From contig JBBRAU010000001.1 in assembly GCA_038206475.1 (NCBI GenBank), positions 3,317 through 67,316 on the forward strand: DNA of 64,000 nt, given 5' to 3'. This document shows positions 46,620-57,258 of the stretch, one piece after another. A program made the translations under genes and the position numbers. The stretch's first letter is position 1; each line of letters begins with the position of its first letter. Below the pieces are notes generated by a model. The model made no database searches. It had not been told where the DNA came from and worked only from the letters and a program-made list of their open reading frames with translations. This DNA comes from Patescibacteria group bacterium. Lineage in GTDB: Bacteria > Patescibacteriota > UBA1384 > JBBRAU01.

Positions 46620-48533
46620 CTACTGGGCCGGTGGTTGATCGGCTGGCTGGTCGGCCGGGACATCGGTTTTGGTGCCAACCAGGAACTTGGCTGGCCAAGG
46701 CTTGTAGTGACTACTGAAAACCTGGCGGTTAATTTCCTTGCCGTCGCGGCGAACAATGTAAGTGGCCGTCGTAGTCGCACCCGGATGAGCGTGATCGGTC
46801 TGCTTGGTTACGCCAACCGGCAGAGTGTCGGTATCGGTGTAGATTGAGTCAGGCGGCGGTGCTGTCGACAGAGTGGATGGGCCGACAATTTGGCTCTGGC
46901 GGCCATCTTTAGTGCCGTAAATTTCAAAGCTGACGTTGTTGCCGCTAACGTAGCCTTGAACCAAAATAGCGCCCGGTGAATCATTCTTGAACTTAAAGTC
47001 TGGCTTCGGGCTGTAGACCGTGGCGTCCAGACCAGGGCCGACCCCGACCTCGTAGTAGGGCACGCGGTAGGAGTGGTTGGTGCGAGCCGTAATCGGCAAA
47101 CCGGCGTTCATGGCCGCCCGGAAAAGCGTGGTCGACACCTGGCAGAGACCGCCACCAAACTCGGGGATGGTGGCATTTTCTTTAATCACCAACTCAGGCA
47201 GGTAGCCGGTAGAGCCGTCGATATTGCCGAGCAGTTTGATGGTCGAAAATTCCTCACCCGGCTTGATGACAATGCCCGTCAAAAAGGAGACCCCGGTTTT
47301 AATGTTGTGGATGCGGTTTTGCGGGCTACCGACAAAACTGGTTGTGGCTGTGCCAATCAGCTCTTTGATGCCTAAGTTGGCGACACCGGCAGCCGAAATA
47401 TCTGAGTCTACCTTTTTGCTGGCTAAGGTCAGGCTCGTGACCGACGCCTGGCCGGAGGCGCGAGCCAACAGCTCTTTACTGACCTGGTCAGCAGCTGCGG
47501 AGCGGTCAGTGACAACGCCAGCCTTGCTGTCAGACAGCACCGAAACTTGGCCGTTATCAATTTTGAGGCGGGCGCCTATGGCCTCGACGTCGTAACTGGT
47601 GGCCAAGTCGTCAATTAAACCGTGCAACTTATCTTGGTCAACGGCCGGATTGAGCTGGCCACGCTCAATCTGAGCGGAGATGAGCGGCTCTAGTTGGCTT
47701 GGCTTTAAGGTAGTCGCACCGCCGGGGAAAACCAGTTTCAAGGGGGCTTTGAGCATCAGGGTGGCGGACGTCACGGCTGCCTGCCCCTGGTCGGCAATTT
47801 CGGTCGGCTTGACTGTCATTGGCTCAACTTTGACTTGGGCCATCGAAAAAGCCAGGAAGCGCTGTTTAATAACCGCGGCTAGGGCGGCTTGGTCTATCCG
47901 TTGGCCTTCTTTGCCCGGCACAAAACTAACTGTGCCGCCGTTGGCGGTCAAGGTTGGTTGTTGCTCCGGCTGGTCAACTTCTTTGGCCGCATCAGACACC
48001 CAGGTAGTTAAGCGGTCTTCGTTCAAGGTGGCAACGGGCGATACACTTTGGCTGACAAACAGGCTGCTGATTAGCGGCCAAACGCCTGTTAGACCAGAGC
48101 CTTTGTGGCCGTAGGCCAAAAGTTTGTCGGCCGTGGCGAGCGCATCAAGACTAAAGCCGAGTTCATCAGACGACAGCGTCTTGTCTTTGATGGCGACGGC
48201 AACCGCCAGCTTCTTCGTCTTGGCCTGTTCGGTCAGCTGCTGCATTTTGGCCACAACCTCTGGTTTGGCCAGGTTGGCAAAGGAGGTGCTGCCAATACGT
48301 ACCCCAGGCAGTACACGGTTAGCCATGGCAATGGCGTAGACATCAAGCAACATAACAATAGCCAACGCTGCTAGCACGCCAATCAAAACGAGGCGGGCGC
48401 GCCGTTTGCGGCGGCCACGCTCTGGCTTTGTCTGGATTGACTCGCCGGTGGTTTGGTCGACCGGATCAGCGCCAATTTGAATGTTTTTTGCCTCGTCTTT
48501 GGCGCCTACCGCGTTGATCGCGTTTTTCTTCAC
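46620..48533 (-). CDS. VanW-domain protein with N-terminal TM
   Basis: VanW core (NHSYRVPYYEVGVGPGLDATV...) plus a G5/PG-binding-like N-terminal region. Confidence 0.8.
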   Translation of the reverse strand: MKKNAINAVGAKDEAKNIQIGADPVDQTTGESIQTKPERGRRKRRARLVLIGVLAALAIVMLLDVYAIAMANRVLPGVRIGSTSFANLAKPEVVAKMQQLTEQAKTKKLAVAVAIKDKTLSSDELGFSLDALATADKLLAYGHKGSGLTGVWPLISSLFVSQSVSPVATLNEDRLTTWVSDAAKEVDQPEQQPTLTANGGTVSFVPGKEGQRIDQAALAAVIKQRFLAFSMAQVKVEPMTVKPTEIADQGQAAVTSATLMLKAPLKLVFPGGATTLKPSQLEPLISAQIERGQLNPAVDQDKLHGLIDDLATSYDVEAIGARLKIDNGQVSVLSDSKAGVVTDRSAAADQVSKELLARASGQASVTSLTLASKKVDSDISAAGVANLGIKELIGTATTSFVGSPQNRIHNIKTGVSFLTGIVIKPGEEFSTIKLLGNIDGSTGYLPELVIKENATIPEFGGGLCQVSTTLFRAAMNAGLPITARTNHSYRVPYYEVGVGPGLDATVYSPKPDFKFKNDSPGAILVQGYVSGNNVSFEIYGTKDGRQSQIVGPSTLSTAPPPDSIYTDTDTLPVGVTKQTDHAHPGATTTATYIVRRDGKEINRQVFSSHYKPWPAKFLVGTKTDVPADQPADQPPAQ

Positions 48534-48572
48534 ATTTTTAGGGTATCAGAACTCAATCCGGCTGCAGAGAGG

Positions 48573-49121
48573 CTACGAATTGGCAAACTTGGCTTTGAAG
48601 GCGGCCATCGCTTCAGTAATCTGCGCCTTGGCTTCGGCCGCATCGCCAAAGCCGGTGACCGTAACATGTTTGCCCGGCTCAAGCAGCTTATATGTTTCCA
48701 TGAAGGTTTTAATTTCGGCTTTGGTGTGGGCGTTAACATCGGCAATGTCTTGCACGTGCGCCCAGCGCGGATCTTTGATTGGCACGCAAATCACTTTGTT
48801 GTCTTTTTCGCCACTGTCTTCCATATGCAACAGTCCAACCGGCCGGCAGGCGATAACGCAGCCCGGGAAAGTTGGATAGGTCACGAGCACGATGGCGTCC
48901 AGCAGATCTTCATCTTGCGTGTTCCAGGTTTGCGGGATGAGGCCGTAGTCGGTCGGATAAAAGTTAGGGCCGGTTAAGACACGGTCTAATGCAAAGTAGT
49001 CGCCGTGCTCGCGGAACTCAATTTTATTGCTGGAGCCTTTGGTAATTTCGATAAAAACGTTGACTTCGTTGGGCACATCCTCACCCGCTGGCAGACGGAA
49101 GACAATCGATGACTCTGTCAT
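48573..49121 (-). CDS. ppa: Inorganic pyrophosphatase
   Basis: Family I PPase motifs (DLLDAIVLV, HMEDSGEKDNKV). Confidence 0.9.
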   Translation of the reverse strand: MTESSIVFRLPAGEDVPNEVNVFIEITKGSSNKIEFREHGDYFALDRVLTGPNFYPTDYGLIPQTWNTQDEDLLDAIVLVTYPTFPGCVIACRPVGLLHMEDSGEKDNKVICVPIKDPRWAHVQDIADVNAHTKAEIKTFMETYKLLEPGKHVTVTGFGDAAEAKAQITEAMAAFKAKFANS

Positions 49122-50287
49122 GGCGATCCTTTCTTGTGTTTCTTGAAATATTCAACATAAAGATTTGCGGTCTGTTTGGCCGCCTTCTCCCAACAGTAGC
49201 CGGCTTGCTGCTGTTTGCCAAGCTGGCTGAGTTTAGCCGCTAGCGCCTCGTCCTCAACCAGCCTCGTTAAGTGCACGGCTAACTCTTCGGGATGCGTCGG
49301 GTCAAAGTAAAGCGCGGCTTCGCCAAGCACTTCCGGCAAACAGGAAGCATTTGAGCTAATGACCGGCAGACCGTAGCGCATCGCCTCAAGCGGCGGCAGG
49401 CCAAATCCCTCCTTAAAGGAGGGGAAAATAAAGGCCGTGGCGTTCAAATAAAGTGCTTGCAGCGCCGCCTCTGAGACAAATCCGGGGCGAATAACTTCTG
49501 ATTCCGTTAAGCCGGTGCGTTCAAGCGCTTGGTCTATCCACGTGGCTTTCGAATCAATTTTTCCAGCCAAAACGAGGCGGTAGATGCTGCCTGAGGGATA
49601 CTGCTCGCGGAAACTGGCAAACCCTTCAATTAAGCCGTCAACATTTTTATGGATACGCTGCTGGCCAACGTAGAGAAAATACGGCTCAGCCACCCCGGCC
49701 TCGGTCAGCTCTTTGGGCAGTTTTGGCTTGGCCGTGGGCATAGGCGGCTCGCGCAACGACTGCGATGACTCATAAATGACCGTAATTTTGGCCGGATCAG
49801 CCCGATAGTAGGCCAACAAGTCGGCTTCGGTCGCCTCAGAAACGGCAATTATTTTTTGGCTGCGGCGAACAGCGTCAGCCATGACGCGATGGTAGAGGAA
49901 ACGCTTGAGGAAGCTGCTTGCGGGTGTTGGATACTCATCAAGCACCAGGTCAGGAATGGTGACGATAAACGGCACTTTCAGGCCGAGCGGGTGGTTGAAG
50001 TGTAAAAAGTGCACCAGATCTGGCTGCAGCTTCAGTATGCGGCGGCGAAAATCAGTTTGCTCGGCGCGCGAGTACCACGGCTCTGGGGCAACTTCAGCCG
50101 TCTGGTTTGGCTGCAGGTACGGCGTGAGTGCTTTCTCCTGGCCAGGCGGAATCAACACAGTCACTTGGTAGTCGCCGAGCAGCGGCAGTAAACATGCGAG
50201 CAAATCAAAGGTCAGGCGGCCGTTGCCGGAGGACTCAGGTTTCAAAAAGCGAGCATCAATAACTAGGTGCGGCAATGCTTTAATCAT
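49118..50287 (-). CDS. Glycosyltransferase family 4 (GT-B)
   Basis: EX7E region FKEGFGLPPLEAMRYGLPVI. Confidence 0.85.
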   Translation of the reverse strand: MIKALPHLVIDARFLKPESSGNGRLTFDLLACLLPLLGDYQVTVLIPPGQEKALTPYLQPNQTAEVAPEPWYSRAEQTDFRRRILKLQPDLVHFLHFNHPLGLKVPFIVTIPDLVLDEYPTPASSFLKRFLYHRVMADAVRRSQKIIAVSEATEADLLAYYRADPAKITVIYESSQSLREPPMPTAKPKLPKELTEAGVAEPYFLYVGQQRIHKNVDGLIEGFASFREQYPSGSIYRLVLAGKIDSKATWIDQALERTGLTESEVIRPGFVSEAALQALYLNATAFIFPSFKEGFGLPPLEAMRYGLPVISSNASCLPEVLGEAALYFDPTHPEELAVHLTRLVEDEALAAKLSQLGKQQQAGYCWEKAAKQTANLYVEYFKKHKKGSP

Positions 50288-51452
50288 GTTTTTCCGGTTT
50301 TAACCACGGCCAAAAGGCATCGGCCATAATGAGTAAGCTAAGTGGTGCCAAACTGGCCTGCCAGAAGGTGGTGTCAACGGCGCCATGAATAAGAATGGCT
50401 AGCAGGGCGGCCAATGTCCAGACCGATCGCGGTCGCTTGAGTGCGGCTAAGAGCGCCAACCAAAATAGCACTGTGAGGCCAATTACACCAAATAGACCGG
50501 CGTTGAACCAGCTGGCCAAAAAGAGGTTGTGCGGGTGGAGAGCGTAGGGGACGACGTAGCGCCCGAGTTGCGGGTCGCCTTGGACCAGGTTGGCGTAGGC
50601 GGCCTGAAAGCCACCGTCGGACAGACCAAATAGTGCCACTCTGGGCTGCTTCAGCAGCTGCAGGGCGCCTTGCCAGATGGGGAAGCGGCTGTCGGCTTGG
50701 GTCATGGCTAACCCAACCAGCAGCAGCAAGCCGAGCGCGGTGAATAGGCGCTTCTTTGGATAGCGCATAAGTAACCAGGCAGACAGTGGCGCCAAAGCCA
50801 TGGCCAGCAGACCACCGTCAGAACGGCTGGCCAGTACTGTGAGCAGCGTAGCAGTGCCAATAAACCAGCGCACGGGTTGCTTGAAGTGCCCGCCGAGCAG
50901 CAACAGCCCCAGCGGCAGCATAAACATGGCCAACGTGTTAGGCGAGGTAAAGGGTCCAATCGCCCTCAACGGATGAAGGTATTGGCTGAGGTCCGCGGCG
51001 ACTTGGCCCGGCCACAGCAGATACCAGCCGAGTAGCGAGCCGGCGGCGGCCACTGCAGTCAGGCAAAAACCAATCAGTAAGCCACCTGCCGCCAATGTTT
51101 TTTGCCGTGATGTGCCGGCCGCAAGCAGGCAGGCGAAGACGGCTGGCAGGATAATCCAGCCGATCAGAATGCCGCCGGCATGGCTTTGTGAGCTGGCTCC
51201 GGGCACGGCCAGCAGTAGGCCGGCCAAAAGTAGGCCAAACCCAGACAACAGGCGTTGGCGCAGGTGCAGCGGTTTATCGGCTGATTGCAGGTATGGCAAG
51301 CTAAGCAGTAGGGCAATTGAGATCAGGGGCAGCGCCACCCCGGGCAGTTTCCAGAGCGCTAGGGGCATGAGCGCTGTGGCCAAGGCAATAAGAAAATTCA
51401 CGCCGGCTCCGACTGGCGAATATGGGCCCAAATGAAGCCGATCATCACCCAA
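50280..51452 (-). CDS. Wzy_C-family membrane protein (O-antigen ligase/polymerase/O-OTase-like), paralog 1
   Basis: 10-12 TM helices. ASRSDGG loop motif. Confidence 0.65.
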   Translation of the reverse strand: MGDDRLHLGPYSPVGAGVNFLIALATALMPLALWKLPGVALPLISIALLLSLPYLQSADKPLHLRQRLLSGFGLLLAGLLLAVPGASSQSHAGGILIGWIILPAVFACLLAAGTSRQKTLAAGGLLIGFCLTAVAAAGSLLGWYLLWPGQVAADLSQYLHPLRAIGPFTSPNTLAMFMLPLGLLLLGGHFKQPVRWFIGTATLLTVLASRSDGGLLAMALAPLSAWLLMRYPKKRLFTALGLLLLVGLAMTQADSRFPIWQGALQLLKQPRVALFGLSDGGFQAAYANLVQGDPQLGRYVVPYALHPHNLFLASWFNAGLFGVIGLTVLFWLALLAALKRPRSVWTLAALLAILIHGAVDTTFWQASLAPLSLLIMADAFWPWLKPEKHD

Positions 51453-52663
51453 ATCGGCAGAATGTAGAGCGTCGAGAAGAACATATATTGCACAATGGTC
51501 GCCATCAGGCTGAATAACAGCCAGAGCGCCGTGCGGTCCAGTTTTGGCCGTGCCAGCGAACGAGCCAAACCGGCCGCTAAGCTCACAAACAGACCAAGAC
51601 CAAGTACGAGACCAACAATACCCAGCTCGGCAAAAAGCTCTAGGTAGAGGTTGTTGACGATCGGCTGGCCAGCCTGGCTTGCCTGCTGCGGTAAAGTGCT
51701 GGCGTTACCAAAGTTGCCCATACCAACACCAGATAGTGGCACTGTTTGACCAAGCCGAAGCGCTTCGCTCCAGTTGTCCAGCCGGCCGACGGTTGAATTA
51801 GAACTAGGGTCGTGTAAATCGCCGATCAACAGTTGCTCCTCGGCCCGTGGCAAGTTGAGTGCCGTTTTGGCTGACAAGTGGCTGAGGCCAACGTACAAGC
51901 CGGCGGCCAAAAGCACCGCCGCAACCGTGGCTAACCAAAGCCTAGTAGTCAATTGGCGCTCCTGGCGAAACCAGAGTAGCGTAGAGACTATAACCAGTCC
52001 GACAACCAAGCCGAGGTTAGCACTGCGGCTGATGGGCAAGAAAAAGCTGACCAGGGCTAAGCCAAAGGTCGTCAGCCACAACAGGCGTCTCTTTGGCTGC
52101 TGCTCAACTAAAATGAGCGGCACCGGCAGTAGGAAGCAGAGGAAATTGCCAAAGTAGAGCGGCTCGAGCGAAAGGGCGTGCGGGCGTGGGAAACCAAGCA
52201 TGGATTTAGCATACACCGGCGAGAGTAGCGTCCACTGATTGCTCAGGCCGGCGGCGCCGGCAATGAACTGGTAGAAGGCAATAAGTGCTACACCAAGTGC
52301 GACGTAGCCAAGCACGAGCTTGGCTTTTGGCCAGACGAGTTTATCATGCAAAGCAATGCGAACTGCCATGGCGACCGCAACGGTAAACGCCAGCGCTAAG
52401 GCGGTGTGCAGCGCCCTGGCAGCACTGCCTGCCCAATAGACCGACAGCAGCGCCCAAAGCACCAGAATAACTGCGATGCGCTCGCTTGACAGCAGCTTTT
52501 GCCAATGCAACTGCTTCGGCGCATTTATGATCGCGGCAATTACCAGTATCAGTGCCACGGCGGTCGACAGACGGAGATCAAAGCCGCTCTGCTGTAGCAC
52601 CGGCCAGCGTTCAAACGGCAGGACGGCAAGCAACAGGATCAACACACTAGTCATGACGGCCAA
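51398..52663 (-). CDS. Wzy_C-family membrane protein, paralog 2
   Basis: ISRSANLG motif; polytopic. Confidence 0.65.
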   Translation of the reverse strand: MAVMTSVLILLLAVLPFERWPVLQQSGFDLRLSTAVALILVIAAIINAPKQLHWQKLLSSERIAVILVLWALLSVYWAGSAARALHTALALAFTVAVAMAVRIALHDKLVWPKAKLVLGYVALGVALIAFYQFIAGAAGLSNQWTLLSPVYAKSMLGFPRPHALSLEPLYFGNFLCFLLPVPLILVEQQPKRRLLWLTTFGLALVSFFLPISRSANLGLVVGLVIVSTLLWFRQERQLTTRLWLATVAAVLLAAGLYVGLSHLSAKTALNLPRAEEQLLIGDLHDPSSNSTVGRLDNWSEALRLGQTVPLSGVGMGNFGNASTLPQQASQAGQPIVNNLYLELFAELGIVGLVLGLGLFVSLAAGLARSLARPKLDRTALWLLFSLMATIVQYMFFSTLYILPIWVMIGFIWAHIRQSEPA

Positions 52664-54119
52664 ACCCTAAATTCTGGCGGTCCATCACGCCGATGGCAAA
52701 AAAGAGAAACAGCAAAAGCATCAGCCAGAGGCCCGCACCTCCGAGGCCAATCAGGAGCTGCCATTTGAAACTGCTGCCGGCAAACCAACTTACGGAGCGA
52801 TCAAACGGCCGAATAACCAGCAGGAGCGGCAGTATGGCAGCGGCGAGAATAGCCAGCACCTGGGCCAGCGGCAGTCGCGGCTTGGCTTTTTCTGGCAACA
52901 GTCGCCACTTCCAAACCAGGAGGACACCTTCCGTCAGGCCGGTTAGGAGTGCCGGCACGATCAGTGGTGCCAGCGGAATGAGTAACACATTCAGCGCCGC
53001 ATTCAAGACGGTGACAATAATCAGCGGCCGGATCGCCCGCCGCGTCATGTCGGTAGCAATAATAATATTCGTCATGTGCTGCGACAGGAACAACACCAAG
53101 AGCACCAAGGCCAAAATTCGCAGCGTCAAGGTGGCGGCTAAAAACTGCGGCCCGGCCAAGATGAGCAAAATGTACGGTGCAAACAGGTAGACCAGACTAG
53201 CCGTGGCGACGCCGCCGATAAGCGAGAGCATGCTGGTAGCGGTTAGAGCCCGGCCGAGGGTGGCATCTGGCTTGCGCCAGCGGGCCGCGAGCACCGGAAT
53301 GATGTTGCCGGCCAGAATGCCGGGTATGACTAAGACCAGGTCAAACATGCGGTAGGCGCCGCCGTAGAGACCCATCTCTACACTGCGGCTGCCGCGCATG
53401 AGCGACAGGATGACGCTGTCAATGCGCGAATGGGCCAGCGCAAAACCGGCCAGAAGCGCCATCGGCCAGAGACCGGCCCAGTGTTTGCGCCAGAGGTCGC
53501 TGTTGAAGCGGAAACGAATGGGCAAAAATTGCCGGATAATCAGCCATGAAATTAGGAATGAGGCGATACCGCCGACAAAGGCGGCCCAAAAAATCGTTTG
53601 CAGGCTTTGGCCGGAGGCGACCGCCCACCAGGTAGCGGCCAACGTGACCGCTTTGCCGAGCGTTTCCGGAATGACGATCAGCTCCGCTCGGAAACGTTGT
53701 TGGAAGTAGGCAGAGATAGTTTGGAAGAGTAGAGCAACGCCGGCAATGGCGGCGCCGAGCACGATGCCAAACTTGGTTGCCAGGCTATAGGTGGTCGTCG
53801 GCACGACCGTCACGATTGCCACAGCGACCAGAGCAATGACGGCGGTCAGGAGTAGCCGAAAGCCGAGAGCGTTGCTGAGTAGTTCCTCAGTCTGGCGGCG
53901 GTCTGTGGTCATTTCGCGCACCAAGTAGAGGTAGAGGCCCAAATCACCGACCGCACCAAACATCTGAATATAAACGAAAGCTGTGTTGTACTCGCCGACA
54001 CCGGAGACACCAAGGTAACGCGAAATAATGCGAAACAGCACTGCCGAAAGCAGCACGCTCAAAAAACGCCCCATAATCTGGATACCGCTATTTTTGGTAA
54101 TTTGCTGTCCGAGGCTCAT
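52647..54119 (-). CDS. MOP-superfamily polysaccharide flippase (Wzx-like)
   Basis: 490 aa, ~14 TM helices. Confidence 0.75.
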   Translation of the reverse strand: MSLGQQITKNSGIQIMGRFLSVLLSAVLFRIISRYLGVSGVGEYNTAFVYIQMFGAVGDLGLYLYLVREMTTDRRQTEELLSNALGFRLLLTAVIALVAVAIVTVVPTTTYSLATKFGIVLGAAIAGVALLFQTISAYFQQRFRAELIVIPETLGKAVTLAATWWAVASGQSLQTIFWAAFVGGIASFLISWLIIRQFLPIRFRFNSDLWRKHWAGLWPMALLAGFALAHSRIDSVILSLMRGSRSVEMGLYGGAYRMFDLVLVIPGILAGNIIPVLAARWRKPDATLGRALTATSMLSLIGGVATASLVYLFAPYILLILAGPQFLAATLTLRILALVLLVLFLSQHMTNIIIATDMTRRAIRPLIIVTVLNAALNVLLIPLAPLIVPALLTGLTEGVLLVWKWRLLPEKAKPRLPLAQVLAILAAAILPLLLVIRPFDRSVSWFAGSSFKWQLLIGLGGAGLWLMLLLFLFFAIGVMDRQNLGFGRHD

Positions 54120-55372
54120 GTTCTCTTCTCACCATATCTGGCCGAATTCGGCAAAGCCAGCAGCAGCGCCGACAGCCCAACAAGCCACAAAGCGGCGGTT
54201 TTATTGTCAGAGAATGGCTGCAGAAAGAGATTTGCAACCAAGAAGGCGCTCCAGGGAACCAGCAGGAAGCGAGTTTGATTTGTTTTTGCTAGATGGACCA
54301 ACAGCACCACGAGTAGTCCGAGCAGACTAATCAAGCCGAACAGACCTATTTCGATCAGTATCGCCAGGTAGAAATTTTCCGGCAACAAACGAACATAGGG
54401 CGTGTAGGTTGCCGTACCAAGCCCCAGGCCGAGCAGCTTATCTGGCCATGGCAGGCTGCTCCACAGGCGGAGAACATCCTGAATGGTCGCGGCATGCAGG
54501 CTCGTTGAGGCACCATGCAGCAGCACCTCGCGCCACGAGCTCAGGTAGAACAGAACAAGCAGCCAGGAAGCAGTGAGCCAGCCAGCAACAATACCGACGA
54601 GCGCAGCCAGCCTAGGGCGCCAGGCAGCTTTGTCGAGCACAATTGCGGTCAGTGCACCGACCAGGGTCGCTAGTATGGCACTGCGGCTGCCGGTCAAAGC
54701 AATTGCGGCACCGACCAGGGCGGCAATATACAAATCGCGCTTCGGCTGGCGTTGCAGGCATACCAACCCGAGCAAACCGACCAGCAGGCCAAGCTGATTA
54801 CTGCCGATTGCCAGTGTCAGTTGCGGAACGCGGCCAGCGAAAAACCAGCCGTACCCAAATTGCAGCGACGGTGAAATGAGATGCCAGCGCTCCAGATAGC
54901 CGGGACCAAAGGTGAATTCCGCCGCCACCAGTGTGAGGACGATGCCCAGCAGCCAGCTGGTCGTTTTGTGGTAGTCAAATTGATTCGCTTGTTTCTCCGG
55001 AGGGAGAACAAGAAAACTGAAAGCGAGCAGCCACACGTAGCCGCCGCGAAAACCAATCACCAACTGGCGTAAACTGAGCTGGTGGCTGATACTGCTGACG
55101 GTAATCATGGTCAAGATCGGTATCAGCCACCACATCAGCTGCCGCGTCTCTAGACTGAGCTTGTTTTGGCCATCTGGCCAAAGAATTAACGCTACGGCAA
55201 TGAGCGCGAGAAGCCACAGCGTAATTTCGGGCAATGAGACGATCAAAAATGCCACCCTCGGCGACAACAGTGCGTGGCTGGCCAGCATAGCCTCAACAAG
55301 ACGATTGACGAAGTAACCGCCAATAATCAACAACCAAATCAGGTTGAGACGGGTACGCAAAATAGCGATCAC
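54116..55372 (-). CDS. Wzy_C-family membrane protein, paralog 3
   Basis: TGSRSAILATL motif; polytopic. Confidence 0.65.
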   Translation of the reverse strand: MIAILRTRLNLIWLLIIGGYFVNRLVEAMLASHALLSPRVAFLIVSLPEITLWLLALIAVALILWPDGQNKLSLETRQLMWWLIPILTMITVSSISHQLSLRQLVIGFRGGYVWLLAFSFLVLPPEKQANQFDYHKTTSWLLGIVLTLVAAEFTFGPGYLERWHLISPSLQFGYGWFFAGRVPQLTLAIGSNQLGLLVGLLGLVCLQRQPKRDLYIAALVGAAIALTGSRSAILATLVGALTAIVLDKAAWRPRLAALVGIVAGWLTASWLLVLFYLSSWREVLLHGASTSLHAATIQDVLRLWSSLPWPDKLLGLGLGTATYTPYVRLLPENFYLAILIEIGLFGLISLLGLLVVLLVHLAKTNQTRFLLVPWSAFLVANLFLQPFSDNKTAALWLVGLSALLLALPNSARYGEKRT

Positions 55373-56458
55373 TTAACGGAGACCTGCTAGAAACACGTCG
55401 GCGCTGTGCTGGATAGTGTATAATTTACTGTCTTGCCAGGCAGCTTGACGCCTGGCGGCGTACTCATTGCTGTCGCCGAGTGCTTGCATCACCGCTTCAG
55501 CCAAACCGAGCGGTGTATTCACTTTAGCCAGCCAGCCCGTTCGGCCATCTTTGACGGAGTCGCGGTAGCCGGCCACATTGTAGGTGACCGCCGGTGTGCC
55601 GAGAGCATTGGCCTCGGTGACAATTAAGCCCCAACCTTCTTTGTGGGAGGCCGAGACCAAGAGAGAGGCGGCTTGCATTAGCTGATTGCGCTTGGATAGC
55701 GGCACCGCGCCGTGGAAAGTGACGCGCTGCGCCAAACCAAGCGCTTCGGCCTGCGCTTTCAGCTGTGAGACATATACGTCTCCACCGCGACCAACCACGT
55801 CAAAGTGCGCCTCAGGAAGGTATTGCATCATCTTCAACAGGTGCGGAATGCGTTTCATCGGATGATGGCGACCAACAAAGATCAGTCGCCACTCTGGTTT
55901 TTTGGCGGGCAGGCTAGGCAGCGGCGTCACGTCAACCGCCTCAGGCACGATTGTGATCGCTTTACGCGCAATGCCACGCGCCACTAAATCTTCTTTCGTC
56001 GAAGCTGAAACGGTCAGAAACCGCGTACGGCGATAGCACCAAAAAAGCAACGGCTCAACGGTGTAGAGCAGCAGATTGACCGGAAAGCAGGCGATTAAAA
56101 ACCAGAGGCTGCGCGGCACTTCGTGAATGAAAGCCCGGCGCAACGACGCCGGCATATACAGTGGTGTAAAAAAAGGGATGCCGTGAATTTGGTCAACGAC
56201 GCGATCAAAATTGCGGGCCTGGCCATCGGCGCGCCACCAGCGCCAGGCCTGGTAGTGTACCGTCAACGCTGAGCCACACCGAATAATGGTGTAGCCGTCT
56301 CGTTGCTCCTCAGGCTGGGCGCCTGGGAAACTGGCCGTAAACAACACAACGCTATGGCCGCGCCGAACAAGCTCGACCATAATCGCCTCGGTAATGACTT
56401 CCGCCCCGCCGGCCGCCGGATTTAGCCGGTCTCGCCAGTTGAGAAACAGGAGGTTCAT
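55373..56458 (-). CDS. Glycosyltransferase family 4
   Basis: HKEGWGLIVTEANALGTPAV. Confidence 0.85.
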   Translation of the reverse strand: MNLLFLNWRDRLNPAAGGAEVITEAIMVELVRRGHSVVLFTASFPGAQPEEQRDGYTIIRCGSALTVHYQAWRWWRADGQARNFDRVVDQIHGIPFFTPLYMPASLRRAFIHEVPRSLWFLIACFPVNLLLYTVEPLLFWCYRRTRFLTVSASTKEDLVARGIARKAITIVPEAVDVTPLPSLPAKKPEWRLIFVGRHHPMKRIPHLLKMMQYLPEAHFDVVGRGGDVYVSQLKAQAEALGLAQRVTFHGAVPLSKRNQLMQAASLLVSASHKEGWGLIVTEANALGTPAVTYNVAGYRDSVKDGRTGWLAKVNTPLGLAEAVMQALGDSNEYAARRQAAWQDSKLYTIQHSADVFLAGLR

Positions 56459-57222
56459 GGGCTGATTTGGTTCAATAACCGGCGGTGTGGCCGGTCATAA
56501 TAACGCACTAGGTAGCGACGGTAGAAAATGGCGGCGGTATCTTGACCGGCCTGGATAATCGACTTCAGCTTAACGCCTGAGGTGACGGCATTGAAGTCTA
56601 AGTTGACCGGCGCCTCAAAGATGCGACTATAACCAAGCCGCTTGGCAATCACCAAGAGCTCTAGATCAAACATATACTGCTTAACAAGCGCCCGCGGCAT
56701 CACATCATCAAGCACCTTTTTGCGGAATACTTTGAGGCCAACTTGGGTATCTTTGACATTCAAATGGAACAAAAGCCAGATGAGCGCTTGGGCGAAGAAG
56801 GAGATGACTCGTCTCTGCCTCGGATAGTGCACATGTGAGGCTGGATGACGCTTTGAACCAATAACAATATCGGCCTCAAAGATTTGATAGAGCTGGACAA
56901 AACGGCCAACGTGGTCCGGGCTGTAATCGCCGCCAGCGTCAAACAGCACCACAACCTCGCCTTTCGCGCGCGCGGCGCCATAGTAGAAGGCGTAACCTTT
57001 GCCATGATTCGGTTGGTAGCTGAGTATCGTGAGGCGTGGATCGGTGATCTTCTTGGCCTCGGCCTCGGTTTCGTCCGGACTGCCGTCAACGACCACAATA
57101 ACCTCAAACGAGTAGGCGTACGTATCGAGTTCCGGCAACAGTAAATTGAGCGTATGGCGAATATTCTTCGCCTCACCATAGGCCGGTATGACGACACTCA
57201 GATACGGTTTTTTGTCAGGCAT
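56455..57222 (-). CDS. Glycosyltransferase family 2 (DPM1/GtrB-like polyprenyl-phosphate glycosyltransferase)
   Basis: LSVVIPAYGEAKNI, DDGSPD-like VVVDGSPDET, DxD. Confidence 0.85.
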   Translation of the reverse strand: MPDKKPYLSVVIPAYGEAKNIRHTLNLLLPELDTYAYSFEVIVVVDGSPDETEAEAKKITDPRLTILSYQPNHGKGYAFYYGAARAKGEVVVLFDAGGDYSPDHVGRFVQLYQIFEADIVIGSKRHPASHVHYPRQRRVISFFAQALIWLLFHLNVKDTQVGLKVFRKKVLDDVMPRALVKQYMFDLELLVIAKRLGYSRIFEAPVNLDFNAVTSGVKLKSIIQAGQDTAAIFYRRYLVRYYDRPHRRLLNQISP

Positions 57223-57258
57223 ATTCTCTCCGCCAAACAGCTGAAAGTGTGCGCAGAA

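Noticed and set aside
46584-46698. Track-predicted N-terminal extension of dut overlapping vanW, and similar over-extensions for lmbE (32824-32893), the flippase (58513-58671), the dockerin protein (27190-27288), and trmB (16133-16417).
   Set aside because: The extensions lack homology or protein-like composition and overlap neighbouring genes. Internal starts with SDs or family-consistent N-termini were chosen instead.
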